Assembly: GCA_044229145.1 (NCBI GenBank)
Contig: JBGATO010000027.1
Location: 1-50,937, forward strand
Reading direction: 5' to 3'
Source of the DNA: Candidatus Eiseniibacteriota bacterium
Lineage (GTDB): Bacteria; Eisenbacteria; RBG-16-71-46; CAZEPH01
Length of the DNA: 50,937 nucleotides
The notes beneath the pieces were generated by a model. That model saw nothing but the letters and a program-made list of their open reading frames with translations, searched no databases and was not told the DNA's origin. The position numbers and the translations under genes were made by a program. This document shows, one piece after another, positions 8,868 to 20,422 of this stretch (position 1 is its first letter; every line of letters begins with the position of its first letter).

Positions 8868-10697
8868 CTACAGTTGGAGCCGCGAGAACAGCGCCAGCGA
8901 CCGCGTCCACGTGGACGGAATGGCCGACAGGTCGGCGCTCGCCGGCCGCGAGTAGTTGGCGAGTGCGAACACGCCATCCACCGTCCACAACGGCGTCAGG
9001 TGGAACGACGTGCCCGCGGTCAACCGCCGCCAGCGGTCCTGCGTCTCGTCCACCTTCGAGTGCTGGTAGCCGGAGCGCACCGCGAGGTCCGACGACAGCT
9101 TCATTTCGAGACCACCGCTGACGCCGTTCACGGTCGACGAGTGCGGCGTCGCGACACCGCGCAGGGACGAACTCATGTCCTGCGTGTCGTGGAGATACTC
9201 GGCCGCCAGCGTGACCTTGTCGCGGATGTTCCAGCTGCCGCCGAGCGTCGTCGCGTTGCGCGTGTTGTCGTCGGAGGTCGACCCGAAATAGTACTCGCCG
9301 ATGATGCTGTCGACGTTGACCCAGCGCGTCTCGTTGAACAGCACGTAGCTGCCGCTGCCGATGTGACGTGCGCTGTTCGAGACCACGTGCGCGTACGAGC
9401 CGGCGAGGGTCAGCGCGGCCACCGGGTGCAGGCTGGCGCGGGCTTTGTTCGTCGTGATGCGGTGCGAGTCCTCGAACAGCGTGCCACGGTGTTCGATCGA
9501 GCCGCCCGATCGCAAGAGCGCGTCTTGGTCGCCCCAGTTGGTGTGGAAGGTCTGGTTGCCTTCGCCGGTCGAGCGGTCCCACACGTAACCGGCACGGCCC
9601 CACTTCCCGAGATCCACGAACGCGTTCGCGGCGCGGTGCCACGTGGAGTAGAACTGCCGGAAGGTGTCGTAGTGCGACGACTTGGCGCGCACGTTGAGCC
9701 CATTCGAGACGCCTTCGATCTTGGCGTCGTCGTAGTCCAGCACGCCGCCCACCGTCAGGCCGCGCAACGGTTCGACGGCCAGGGACAACCCCGGCGTCCA
9801 CGCACTGGTCGAGTATTCGCGGTGGTAGTTGATGGCGCGCGAGCCGTGCTCGGAATCGTGACGGAAGCCCAGACGCGTGCCGAGCGAGACTTTCTTGCCG
9901 AACATGCGGTTGTAGAAGAACTCGCCGCTCGGCGCGCCGGCCTTCACCGCGTACGACGTGTCGATCGCACCGCGATAGGCGTTGTACACGGTGTCCGGGT
10001 TCGGGATGTCGGAGGACGTCGGCACGGTGACGGTCAGCGTCTCCGGCTTGCCGCCCGGCGTCAGCGGCGGCAACGCGACCACGAAGTCGTGGTGGAACTT
10101 GGCGTTGTACTCGACGATGGTGAGCGGCAGGTGGTCGCGGTCGTACTTCTGGCGGTTGCTCTCGCGCGCCAGGCTGTCCAGCAGCGACTTCGTCGACAAC
10201 ACCCAGATCTTCGAGCTCGGGCCGAACGCCCAGGCGTTGGTGATCGACCAGCGCATGTCGTTGGCGGGCCACGACGGCGCGTCGTAGGTGGTCGCATCGC
10301 GGCCGATGCGCACGCCGATCGCCTCCTTGCCGGTGCGGCGGCTCACCACGCGGGTTTGCGTTTCGGTGAGTTGCACGGAGCTCGGGGAGAGCGCGTTCCA
10401 CGGCGAGTTCTGGAACCACATCTCGATCTCGCCCTTGGAGCGGTCGCGCAGAAGGCCGGCGGTGGACCCGGCGTAATCGAGCAGGCTGATCTCGTTGTGC
10501 TCGTCGTCCACCGCGACGGTGAGGTTGCCCATGCCCTGCAACCGCAGGCTCGGCGGCAGCGTGGCGCGCGTCAGGGACGTCCCGGCGAGCCAGGCGTCGA
10601 TCCGCGTCGGAGCCTGCGCGTGTGAGGACGTCGGCACCATCGCCGTGGCGGTCAGAGCAAGCGCGAACGCGAAGAGGGCGAGGCCTCGACGGCGCAT
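8868..10697 (-). CDS. Outer-membrane beta-barrel protein of unknown function (FadL/PorV-like N-terminal motif)
   Basis: ATG 10697 after GGAAAGGAG; signal peptide; SLRLQGMG..VAVDD motif; many alternating amphipathic strands, ending in a terminal strand ...LFSRLQL. Confidence 0.7.
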   Translation of the reverse strand: MRRRGLALFAFALALTATAMVPTSSHAQAPTRIDAWLAGTSLTRATLPPSLRLQGMGNLTVAVDDEHNEISLLDYAGSTAGLLRDRSKGEIEMWFQNSPWNALSPSSVQLTETQTRVVSRRTGKEAIGVRIGRDATTYDAPSWPANDMRWSITNAWAFGPSSKIWVLSTKSLLDSLARESNRQKYDRDHLPLTIVEYNAKFHHDFVVALPPLTPGGKPETLTVTVPTSSDIPNPDTVYNAYRGAIDTSYAVKAGAPSGEFFYNRMFGKKVSLGTRLGFRHDSEHGSRAINYHREYSTSAWTPGLSLAVEPLRGLTVGGVLDYDDAKIEGVSNGLNVRAKSSHYDTFRQFYSTWHRAANAFVDLGKWGRAGYVWDRSTGEGNQTFHTNWGDQDALLRSGGSIEHRGTLFEDSHRITTNKARASLHPVAALTLAGSYAHVVSNSARHIGSGSYVLFNETRWVNVDSIIGEYYFGSTSDDNTRNATTLGGSWNIRDKVTLAAEYLHDTQDMSSSLRGVATPHSSTVNGVSGGLEMKLSSDLAVRSGYQHSKVDETQDRWRRLTAGTSFHLTPLWTVDGVFALANYSRPASADLSAIPSTWTRSLALFSRLQL

Positions 10698-10895
10698 CGG
10701 GTCTGTATCTCCTTTCCAGAGTCGCATTCGAACTCCGCGCGGGAAGCGCCGGCGTATGGCCGATGGCGTCTTCGAAGGCCCGCCGCTCCACGAACGGAGG
10801 GGCACGGCGCGGTCGAAAGGCTGGAGGCGGGGGAAAAGCTGTCCGCTGTCGTCTCGGGCCGACGCATCGTCAGGGGCGGACGCAGCCCGCGCAGT

Positions 10896-11483
10896 CTAGG
10901 AGGGGCCAGGAAACGTGTCAAATACAAAGCGCCATGGACGTTCCGCCGCCACGCGAATGCCGATCCGGGGGGTGCGCCGGACCGCCTCGGGAGGCACCGA
11001 CAGCCCGCGTTCCAGGCGCAACGGCCCGCTGGTGAGGTCGAGTCCATTGTGGCGCGTCCGGTGGAGCCCGAAGGCCTGCGCGAGCTTGCCCGGACCGCCG
11101 CACAGCGCCACCGCGGCGCGGCGCGGGTCCGCCTGCGCGCGGAGGCCCCGGCGCTGAGCCATGAGTGCCTCCCCCGCGCACGGCACCGCCGCCCGGACCA
11201 AGACCGCCGACGCCTCTCCGTCCGGCCCGCAGACCACGTTCAGACATTGGTACATGCCGTAGATCTGGTAGACGTACGCGATGCCCGGCGGGCCGAACAT
11301 GATCGCGCTGCGCGGCGTCGGACCGCGGAAGGCGTGCGAGGCCGGATCGTCTTCGCCTTGATACGCCTCGACCTCGGTCAGATACGCCGCGACCACGCCT
11401 TCGGGCGTTTCATGCACCAGGCGCAGTCCCAACAGCCGCGGCGCGAGCTCGAGAGCCCGCGCCGCGAAGAACCGCCGGGGCAG
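10896..11483 (-). CDS. mpg: DNA-3-methyladenine glycosylase (MPG/AAG family); start uncertain, possibly CTG at 11483
   Basis: Motifs LTEVEAY.G.DDPASH, MFGPPG.AYVY.IYGM..CLNVV, AVLVRA, GPGKLAQA and TPRIGI. Confidence 0.92.
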   Translation of the reverse strand: MPRRFFAARALELAPRLLGLRLVHETPEGVVAAYLTEVEAYQGEDDPASHAFRGPTPRSAIMFGPPGIAYVYQIYGMYQCLNVVCGPDGEASAVLVRAAVPCAGEALMAQRRGLRAQADPRRAAVALCGGPGKLAQAFGLHRTRHNGLDLTSGPLRLERGLSVPPEAVRRTPRIGIRVAAERPWRFVFDTFPGPS

Positions 11484-11500
11484 CGTTCGTCCAGCCGTGG

Positions 11501-12877
11501 CTAGTGCCCCACCGGCTCGAACGACACGCTCGGGAAGGCGGCGAGCCGGGCCATGAACAGATCGTGGATCTCCTTCAGACGCGCCTCCGACTTCGCCTCG
11601 AACCGCAGCACCAGCACCGGCTGCGTGTTGGACGCGCGGACCAAGCCCCACCCATCGCCGAACAGCACGCGGGCGCCGTCGATGTCGATGACTTCGTGCG
11701 TCTGCTTCCACTGCGCGGTGAGATCGCGCACCACCTCGAACTTGTCGGCGTCGCTGCAGCCGACGCGAATCTCCGGCGTCGACACGTACGACGGCAGCGA
11801 GTCGGCGATCGCGCTCAGCGCGCCGTCCTGCCGCGCCACGATGGACGCGATCCGCGCACTGCCGAAGATGCCGTCGTCGAAGCCGAACCAGCCGTCGGCG
11901 AAGAACATGTGGCCCGACATCTCCCCGGCCAGCGGCGCGCCGGATTCGCGCATCTTCGCCTTGATCAGCGAGTGGCCGGTCTTCCACATCACCGGCGTGC
12001 CGCCGTGCGCGGCGATGTCGTCGGCGAGCGCCTGCGAGCACTTGACGTCGAAGATCACGTCTGCGCCCGGGCGACGCGTCAGCATTTCGCGGGCGATGAT
12101 CGCCAGGATGCGGTCGCCCCAGATGATGCGGCCCTTGTCGTCGCTGACGCCGACACGGTCGGCGTCGCCGTCGTAGGCAATGCCGATGTCGGCCTTCTCG
12201 CTCATCACCCGCTGGCGCAGTTCTTCGACGTACTCGGCCACCGCGGGGTCCGGGAGGTGGTTCGGGAAGGTCGGGTCTGGCTCGCTGTACATTTCGATGA
12301 CGTCATGCCCAAGCGCCTTCAGGATGCGCGGGCCGACCGGGCCGGCGGTACCATTGCCGGAGTCGCAGACGATCTTGAGCGAACGGCCGCGCGCCGTGCG
12401 GTCGACAACCGCGGTGACGTACTCGTCGATAATGCCCTCGTGCTCGCGCAGCGCGCCCTCGGCGCCGGCCGCGAACGCGCCGCTCTCGATGATGCGGCGC
12501 AGCTCTTGGATCTCCGGACCGAACAACGAGCCCAAGCCGCGGCAGATCTTGAAGCCGTTGAACTCGACCGGATTGTGCGACCCGGTGACTTGCACGCCGC
12601 CGGTACAGCCGGTGGCCTGGATCGCGAAGTAGAGCGTCGGGGTCGGCACGATGCCGACGTCCACGACGTCGGCGCCGGCGGCACGCAGGCCGCGGATCAG
12701 CGCGGTGCGGATGCGCGGACTCGACGGTCGCACGTCGCGGCCCACCGCGAGCTTCTGCGTGCCGTCGCGGCCCAGGAACGTCGCGATCGCCTTGCCGAGA
12801 TTCTCGACTACGTCGTCGAGCAAGTCCGTGTCGGCGATGCCGCGCACGTCGTACTCGCGGAAGATATGCGGGTTCAT
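11501..12877 (-). CDS. Phosphomannomutase/phosphoglucomutase (AlgC-like)
   Basis: Motifs IFREYDVRG, TGSHNP (phosphoserine), DGDADR (metal loop), GEMSGH and RASNT. Confidence 0.95.
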   Translation of the reverse strand: MNPHIFREYDVRGIADTDLLDDVVENLGKAIATFLGRDGTQKLAVGRDVRPSSPRIRTALIRGLRAAGADVVDVGIVPTPTLYFAIQATGCTGGVQVTGSHNPVEFNGFKICRGLGSLFGPEIQELRRIIESGAFAAGAEGALREHEGIIDEYVTAVVDRTARGRSLKIVCDSGNGTAGPVGPRILKALGHDVIEMYSEPDPTFPNHLPDPAVAEYVEELRQRVMSEKADIGIAYDGDADRVGVSDDKGRIIWGDRILAIIAREMLTRRPGADVIFDVKCSQALADDIAAHGGTPVMWKTGHSLIKAKMRESGAPLAGEMSGHMFFADGWFGFDDGIFGSARIASIVARQDGALSAIADSLPSYVSTPEIRVGCSDADKFEVVRDLTAQWKQTHEVIDIDGARVLFGDGWGLVRASNTQPVLVLRFEAKSEARLKEIHDLFMARLAAFPSVSFEPVGH

Positions 12878-13990
12878 CGGTCTCCTTCCTTCGACGCCGC
12901 ATTGGCGTGGAGGTATGCGTCGATGAAGCGATCGAGGTCGCCATCGAGAACGCGGTTCACATCCCCGGTTTCGACATCGGTCCGGTGATCCTTGACGATC
13001 GTGTACGGCTGCAGCACGTAAGAGCGGATTTGGTGGCCCCAGGCGATATCCGACTTCTCGCCGGTGATCGCCGCCATCTTCTCCTTCTCCTTCTCGGCGT
13101 TGTACGCGTAGAGCCGCGAACGCAGGATCTTCATCGCGCTGTCGCGATTCTTGTGCTGCGAGCGTTCGGTCTGGCAGCTGACGACGATATTGGTCGGCAG
13201 GTGCGTGATGCGCACGGCGGATTCGGTCTTGTTGACGTGCTGGCCGCCGGCGCCGCTGGCGCGGAAGGTGTCGATGCGCAGTTCGCCGTCGGGAATGTCC
13301 ACCGCCGCGTCGCTTTCGATCGTCGGGTAGACGAACACCGAGGCGAACGCGGTGTGGCGCCGGTGCGCGGCATCGAACGGCGACAGACGCACCAGCCGGT
13401 GCACGCCGGATTCCGACTTGAGGAAGCCGTACGCGTATTCGGCGCTGACTTCGAACGTCGCGTCCTTGATGCCAGCTTCGTCGCCCGGCTGGAAGTCGAG
13501 CATGTCGGTGCTGAAACCGCGGTCCTCCGTCCACCGCATGTACATGCGCAGCAGCATCTGCGCCCAGTCCTGCGCGTCGACGCCGCCGGCGCCGGGGTGG
13601 ATCGACACGATCGCGCCGGCCGCGTCATTCTCGCCGCTGAGCAGGCTTTGGAGCTCGAGCGCGATCACCGCCTTCTCGAGCCGGTCGAGATCGCGCGCGA
13701 ACTCGGCGCGCAGATCGGCATCGGATTCTTCTTCCGCGAGATCGCCCATCGCGCGGGTGTCGGCGGCGAGGGATTGCAGGCCGGCGTAGTCGGCAAGCGC
13801 GCGTTTGGCGCGCTTGAGGGACGCGACCGTCGGCTGCGTGGCGGCGCCGCGGTCCCAGAAGCCGGGCGCGTTCATCTCGGCTTCGAGTTTGGCTACTTCC
13901 GCTTGCGTCACCGCGATGTCAAAGGAACCTCCCGAGCGCGTCGATACGGCGGTCCGCATCCTCGAGACGGTTTTTCTGTTCGTAGTCCAT
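12874..13990 (-). CDS. prfB: Peptide chain release factor 2 with a programmed +1 frameshift
   Basis: ATG 13990 gives MDYEQKNRLEDADRRIDALGRFL, then CTT TGA C. The +1 frame contains the SPF and GGQ motifs. Confidence 0.96.
13918..13933 (-). promoter_or_regulatory. prfB autoregulatory frameshift cassette (internal SD plus CTT TGA C)
   Basis: The minus strand reads GGGAGG-TTC-CTT-TGA-C. Confidence 0.95.
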
Positions 13991-13999
13991 CGGGCCTGA

Positions 14000-14626
14000 T
14001 CATCCTTCCGTAGCGGGGACGTCGTCGAGGTGGAGTTCGTCGCGCAGCCGCTGCCACAGCAGTTCGGCGCGCGCCTCGAAGGACGCGAGCGTGTCGTCGT
14101 TCGGGATCACGTAATCGGCGTGGCGCGCCTTCTCGTCCTCGCTCATTTGACGCGCGGCGCGCTGGCGAATCTGTTCGTCCGGCAGTCCAGTGCGCTCCGC
14201 CATGCGGCGCACGCGCTCCGGCTCCGGCGCGGTGACCACGACGGTGCGGTCGAGCGGCACCGGACTTCCCCACTCGAGCAAGAGCGCCGCATCGATCACC
14301 ACCGCACGTCCGGGGCGATCCGCTGCCTGCACTTGACGCCGCAGCTCGGCGACCAGCGCCGGATGCGTGATCGCGTTGAGCGCCGCGGTGTCGGCCGGCG
14401 TCGCGAACGCCCGTGCGCCGAGCGCGGCACGCACGATCGTCCCGTCCGGGCCGACGATCTCTTCCCCGAAGCGGGCGCGCAGCGCATCGAAGCACGGTCC
14501 GCCCGGCCGCAGCAGCGCGTGACCGATGGCATCCGCATCGATCACGGTCGCGCCGTGCCGCGCGAAGCAGCGCACCACGGTGGACTTGCCCGCGCCGACG
14601 GCCCCGGTCACGCCGATCACCGGCAT
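14000..14626 (-). CDS. coaE: Dephospho-CoA kinase
   Basis: Motifs IGVTGAVGAGKST, IDAD, LNAITHP and DAALLLE. Confidence 0.94.
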   Translation of the reverse strand: MPVIGVTGAVGAGKSTVVRCFARHGATVIDADAIGHALLRPGGPCFDALRARFGEEIVGPDGTIVRAALGARAFATPADTAALNAITHPALVAELRRQVQAADRPGRAVVIDAALLLEWGSPVPLDRTVVVTAPEPERVRRMAERTGLPDEQIRQRAARQMSEDEKARHADYVIPNDDTLASFEARAELLWQRLRDELHLDDVPATEG

Positions 14627-14630
14627 GGCG

Positions 14631-15656
14631 CTAGCTCCGCGTCCGCGTCGCGCGGCGGCGCGACACTGTAGCAGATCGCCGCGCCGGCCGGGCCGTCGTG
14701 GCGGGGACCGCCATCGCCTTTTCGAGCGCCGCCCAGTCCCGCGGCGTGAGGTCGATGTCCACTGCCTTCACGTTGTCGTCGAGCTGCCGCACGGTGGTCG
14801 CTCCGATGATTGCGCTGGAAACTTCCGAACGGCGCAGCACCCACGCGAGCGCCGTCGCGGCCGCACCGGGCAGGTCCCGCTGATGCGCCCACGCGGCCAT
14901 CGCCTCCGTCGCGGCGACGTTCTCCGGCGTCAGCGCCTTTTCGCTCTGCAGGAAGTGCTGGAACTGCCCCGCGCCGCGCGAGCCGGCCGGACGCACCCCG
15001 CCCGCGTACTTGTTCGACAACACCCCCTGAGCCAGCGGCGAATAGACGATGAGGCCGATTCCCTCCTTGGCGCAGACCCGCATGTGGTCGCCTTCGACCG
15101 CACGGTCGAATAGGTTGTAGCGCGGCTGGCTGCTCACGAAGACGTCCCAGCCGCGGGCCTTCTGCAGTGCGACCGACTGCTTGATCAGCGGCGCGCCGAA
15201 ATTCGAGAAGCCGACGTAGCGCGTCTTGCCGGCGCGCACGAGATCCTCGAAGGCACGGAGCGTTTCGTCGATCGGTGTGTCCTCGTCCGGCGAGTGCGCC
15301 TGGTAGAGATCGACATAGTCGACGTGCAGCCGCCGCAGGCTCTGATCCATCGCGTCGAAGATGTGCTTGCGCGACAGACCCATGCCGAGCGGCCCCTCCC
15401 ACACGCGCCCCATCACTTTGGTCGCGATGACGATTTCGTGGCGCGGCACGCCGGCCAGCGCCTTGCCCAGCGCGGTCTCGGCGCCACCGCGCATGTACAC
15501 GTCGGCCGTGTCGAAGAAGTTGATGCCGTGTGCGAGCGCGCGGCGGACGATGCGCGTCGTCTCGCGCTGGCCGACACTGCCGCCGTACGTCGTCCACGAT
15601 CCGAGGGCGAGCGCCGACACCTGGCAGCCGGTGCGTCCCAATCGTCGATACTGCAT
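14631..15656 (-). CDS. Aldo/keto reductase (Kv-beta/YghZ-like)
   Basis: ATG 15656 after GGAGG. Motifs MQYRRLGRTG..VS.LALGSW, DTADVY, SRKHI, DLYQAH and YSPLAQG. Confidence 0.93.
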   Translation of the reverse strand: MQYRRLGRTGCQVSALALGSWTTYGGSVGQRETTRIVRRALAHGINFFDTADVYMRGGAETALGKALAGVPRHEIVIATKVMGRVWEGPLGMGLSRKHIFDAMDQSLRRLHVDYVDLYQAHSPDEDTPIDETLRAFEDLVRAGKTRYVGFSNFGAPLIKQSVALQKARGWDVFVSSQPRYNLFDRAVEGDHMRVCAKEGIGLIVYSPLAQGVLSNKYAGGVRPAGSRGAGQFQHFLQSEKALTPENVAATEAMAAWAHQRDLPGAAATALAWVLRRSEVSSAIIGATTVRQLDDNVKAVDIDLTPRDWAALEKAMAVPATTARPARRSATVSRRRATRTRS

Positions 15657-15676
15657 GCGTCCTCCGTGACTCGTGT

Positions 15677-18356
<2,680 letters not shown>

Positions 18357-18364
<8 letters not shown>

Positions 18365-18938
18365 CGCGATACAGTCCGTGTGCGGCGATGTAGGCGGCGA
18401 CCGCCGGAGGCACCAATCCGCTCAACGACTCGCCGCGCGCGACGCGGGCGCGGATGTCGCGCGACGCCACGGCGCGCGGCGCCGCCGGAATCAGGTGCGC
18501 GCGTTCATCGAGCGGCGGCGCCGCACCGGCGTTGTCCGGGCGGGGTGCCACGGCGACGTGCACGAGTGCGCGCAAGGCCGTCGCCTCCTTCCAGTCGGGC
18601 AGATCGCGCCAGGCATCCCAGCCGAGCAACAACACCAGCGCCGCCTCGGGTCCGTACTGCGCGCGCAGCGCCCGCACGGTGTCGATGGTGTACACGGGGT
18701 GTCCGCTGTCGGCTTCGAGGCGCGACACTGCGCATGCGGGGTCGTCGGCGAGCGCGAGATCCAACATCGCCAGCCGGTGCGCCACGGCGGCGAGGCGCTG
18801 CCCCGGCTTGTGCGGCGGCGAGAACGCGGGGACGAACAGGACTTCGTCGAGCATCAGCGCCTCGCGGGCCGCCCGCGCGAGGCCGAGATGTCCCTCGTGC
18901 ACCGGGTCGAAACTGCCGCCGAAGATCCCCAGCCGCAC
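18357..18938 (-). CDS. nadD: Nicotinate-nucleotide adenylyltransferase
   Basis: Motifs GIFGGSFDPVHEGH, PPHK and YTIDT; ends YI..HGLY. Confidence 0.94.
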
Positions 18939-18948
18939 GCCGGTGGAC

Positions 18949-19737
18949 CTACCGCGCGCCGGCCGAGCCGAGACGCTTGGCGATGGCCTGCGCGCGGCGC
19001 CGCGCTTCCTGCGCCAACTGCGCGTCCTGCGTGCTGTCGGCGAGCGCGGTGAATGTGGTCAGCGCTTCGCCGAGGCGCTTGTCGTGCTCGAGGGCGCGCC
19101 CCACCAGCAGCTGGCCGCGCTGCGCCCAAATATTGCCGGGGAACTTCGTGGTGAGGTCGCCGACGTACAGTTGCAGCGCGTCGAGATCGTGCAGCGAGAA
19201 ATACGTGCGCGCTTCCCGGTACGCACGCTCGGCGAGCCGGTTGGTGGCGGCATCCAGGACGATGCGCGCTTCGGTGGTCTTCGGATGATCGGGATAGGCA
19301 TCGAGGAAGCGCTGCATCTGCTTGAGCGCCCGCTCGGTGAAGTCCTGATCGTAGGCCGGGCCGTGCGCCTGGTGCCAGAGTGCATCGCCAAGTGCGTAGG
19401 TGGCATCGGGCTTGTGCGGCGATCCCGGGAAGGACGACAGCAGGTGCTCGTACTGCACCTGCGCCAAGGTCCAGTCGTGCGTGGCGCGGTAGGACTCGGC
19501 GAGATACCACGTCGCGTCTTCCGCTTCGGCGCTGCCCGGCCACTCGTCGAGCAGATCGCGGAACTGCAGGATGGCCTGCGAGTAGCGCCCGCGCACGTAG
19601 AGATCCTTGGCGTCGGCGAACGTACTGCTGGCGGTGTCGCGCGCCGACGCAGCGCCCGCCGCGAGCAACACCACACACACGGCCGCGCACGCCCAGCGCC
19701 GCGCGGTCTGTCGATGGAGCATCACACGTCCTGTCAT
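18949..19737 (-). CDS. bamD: Outer membrane protein assembly factor BamD-like TPR protein
   Basis: Signal peptide, TPR repeats and BamD-like YDQDFTERAL..MQRFLDAYP. The bamD-nadD adjacency is common. Confidence 0.8.
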   Translation of the reverse strand: MTGRVMLHRQTARRWACAAVCVVLLAAGAASARDTASSTFADAKDLYVRGRYSQAILQFRDLLDEWPGSAEAEDATWYLAESYRATHDWTLAQVQYEHLLSSFPGSPHKPDATYALGDALWHQAHGPAYDQDFTERALKQMQRFLDAYPDHPKTTEARIVLDAATNRLAERAYREARTYFSLHDLDALQLYVGDLTTKFPGNIWAQRGQLLVGRALEHDKRLGEALTTFTALADSTQDAQLAQEARRRAQAIAKRLGSAGAR

Positions 19738-20384
19738 TTGTTGGCGTAGAAGAGCGAAATCAAACCGCCCACGATGAGCGTCACGAGCAGCGGCTCGGTG
19801 TACCGGGTGAGACGCGCGACGGGCACGACCGGTTGGGTGGTGAGCGGCACTTGCGGCGTCGCCAGCGACTTCAGGAGCGCGTCAGGGACCTCGTCGTGCG
19901 TGCTCGCGCTGCCATCGTGCGCCCACAGCACTTCCCCGCTGCCGGCGGCCAGCAGCCGCAGCGCGATGCTCGCACGGCCGGCGCGGCTGACGAACTTCTC
20001 CCCGGTGGCCACGGCGACGCGCGACTTCACGTAGTCGAGCGAGACGTCGACCCCGCGATACTCGACGATCGCCGCGGAGCTGGGAGCCGACGCGGTGGCG
20101 CCGGAGTCGGCGGGCGCGCTCGGCGTCGCGTGGATGCCGCGCGTCGACAGCGCCTCGAGCAGCGCCTGTTCGATCATCCAGTTCGCCGGGTGCGTGCTGG
20201 CGGCGCGCAGCGCGACGCTGCTGGCGTTCGGCGACGGCATGCCGGCGAGCGCGCTGCCCGTGGCCTGCGTAACCACCCCACGCAACATCTCGACATTCGA
20301 CGCAGGTTCGGCGGCATGTGCCGCGTGGACCTGACCGATCAGCACGAACGCTGCGCCCAGCAGGGCGACGGCGAAATGACGCAT
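19734..20384 (-). CDS. Hypothetical exported protein with a C-terminal membrane anchor
   Basis: ATG 20384 after GGGAGGAG; signal peptide ending AHA; C-terminal TM segment YTEPLLVTLIVGGLISLFYANK. Confidence 0.75.
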   Translation of the reverse strand: MRHFAVALLGAAFVLIGQVHAAHAAEPASNVEMLRGVVTQATGSALAGMPSPNASSVALRAASTHPANWMIEQALLEALSTRGIHATPSAPADSGATASAPSSAAIVEYRGVDVSLDYVKSRVAVATGEKFVSRAGRASIALRLLAAGSGEVLWAHDGSASTHDEVPDALLKSLATPQVPLTTQPVVPVARLTRYTEPLLVTLIVGGLISLFYANK

Positions 20385-20422
20385 GAGGCTCCTCCCTGTT
20401 CCTCGCGGACTCGGCCGGGACA

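Noticed and set aside
10698..10895. Riboswitch (e.g. cobalamin) upstream of the OMP gene
   Set aside because: Only short GC hairpins are present; I could not recognise a B12-box or other aptamer consensus. An Rfam scan would be definitive.
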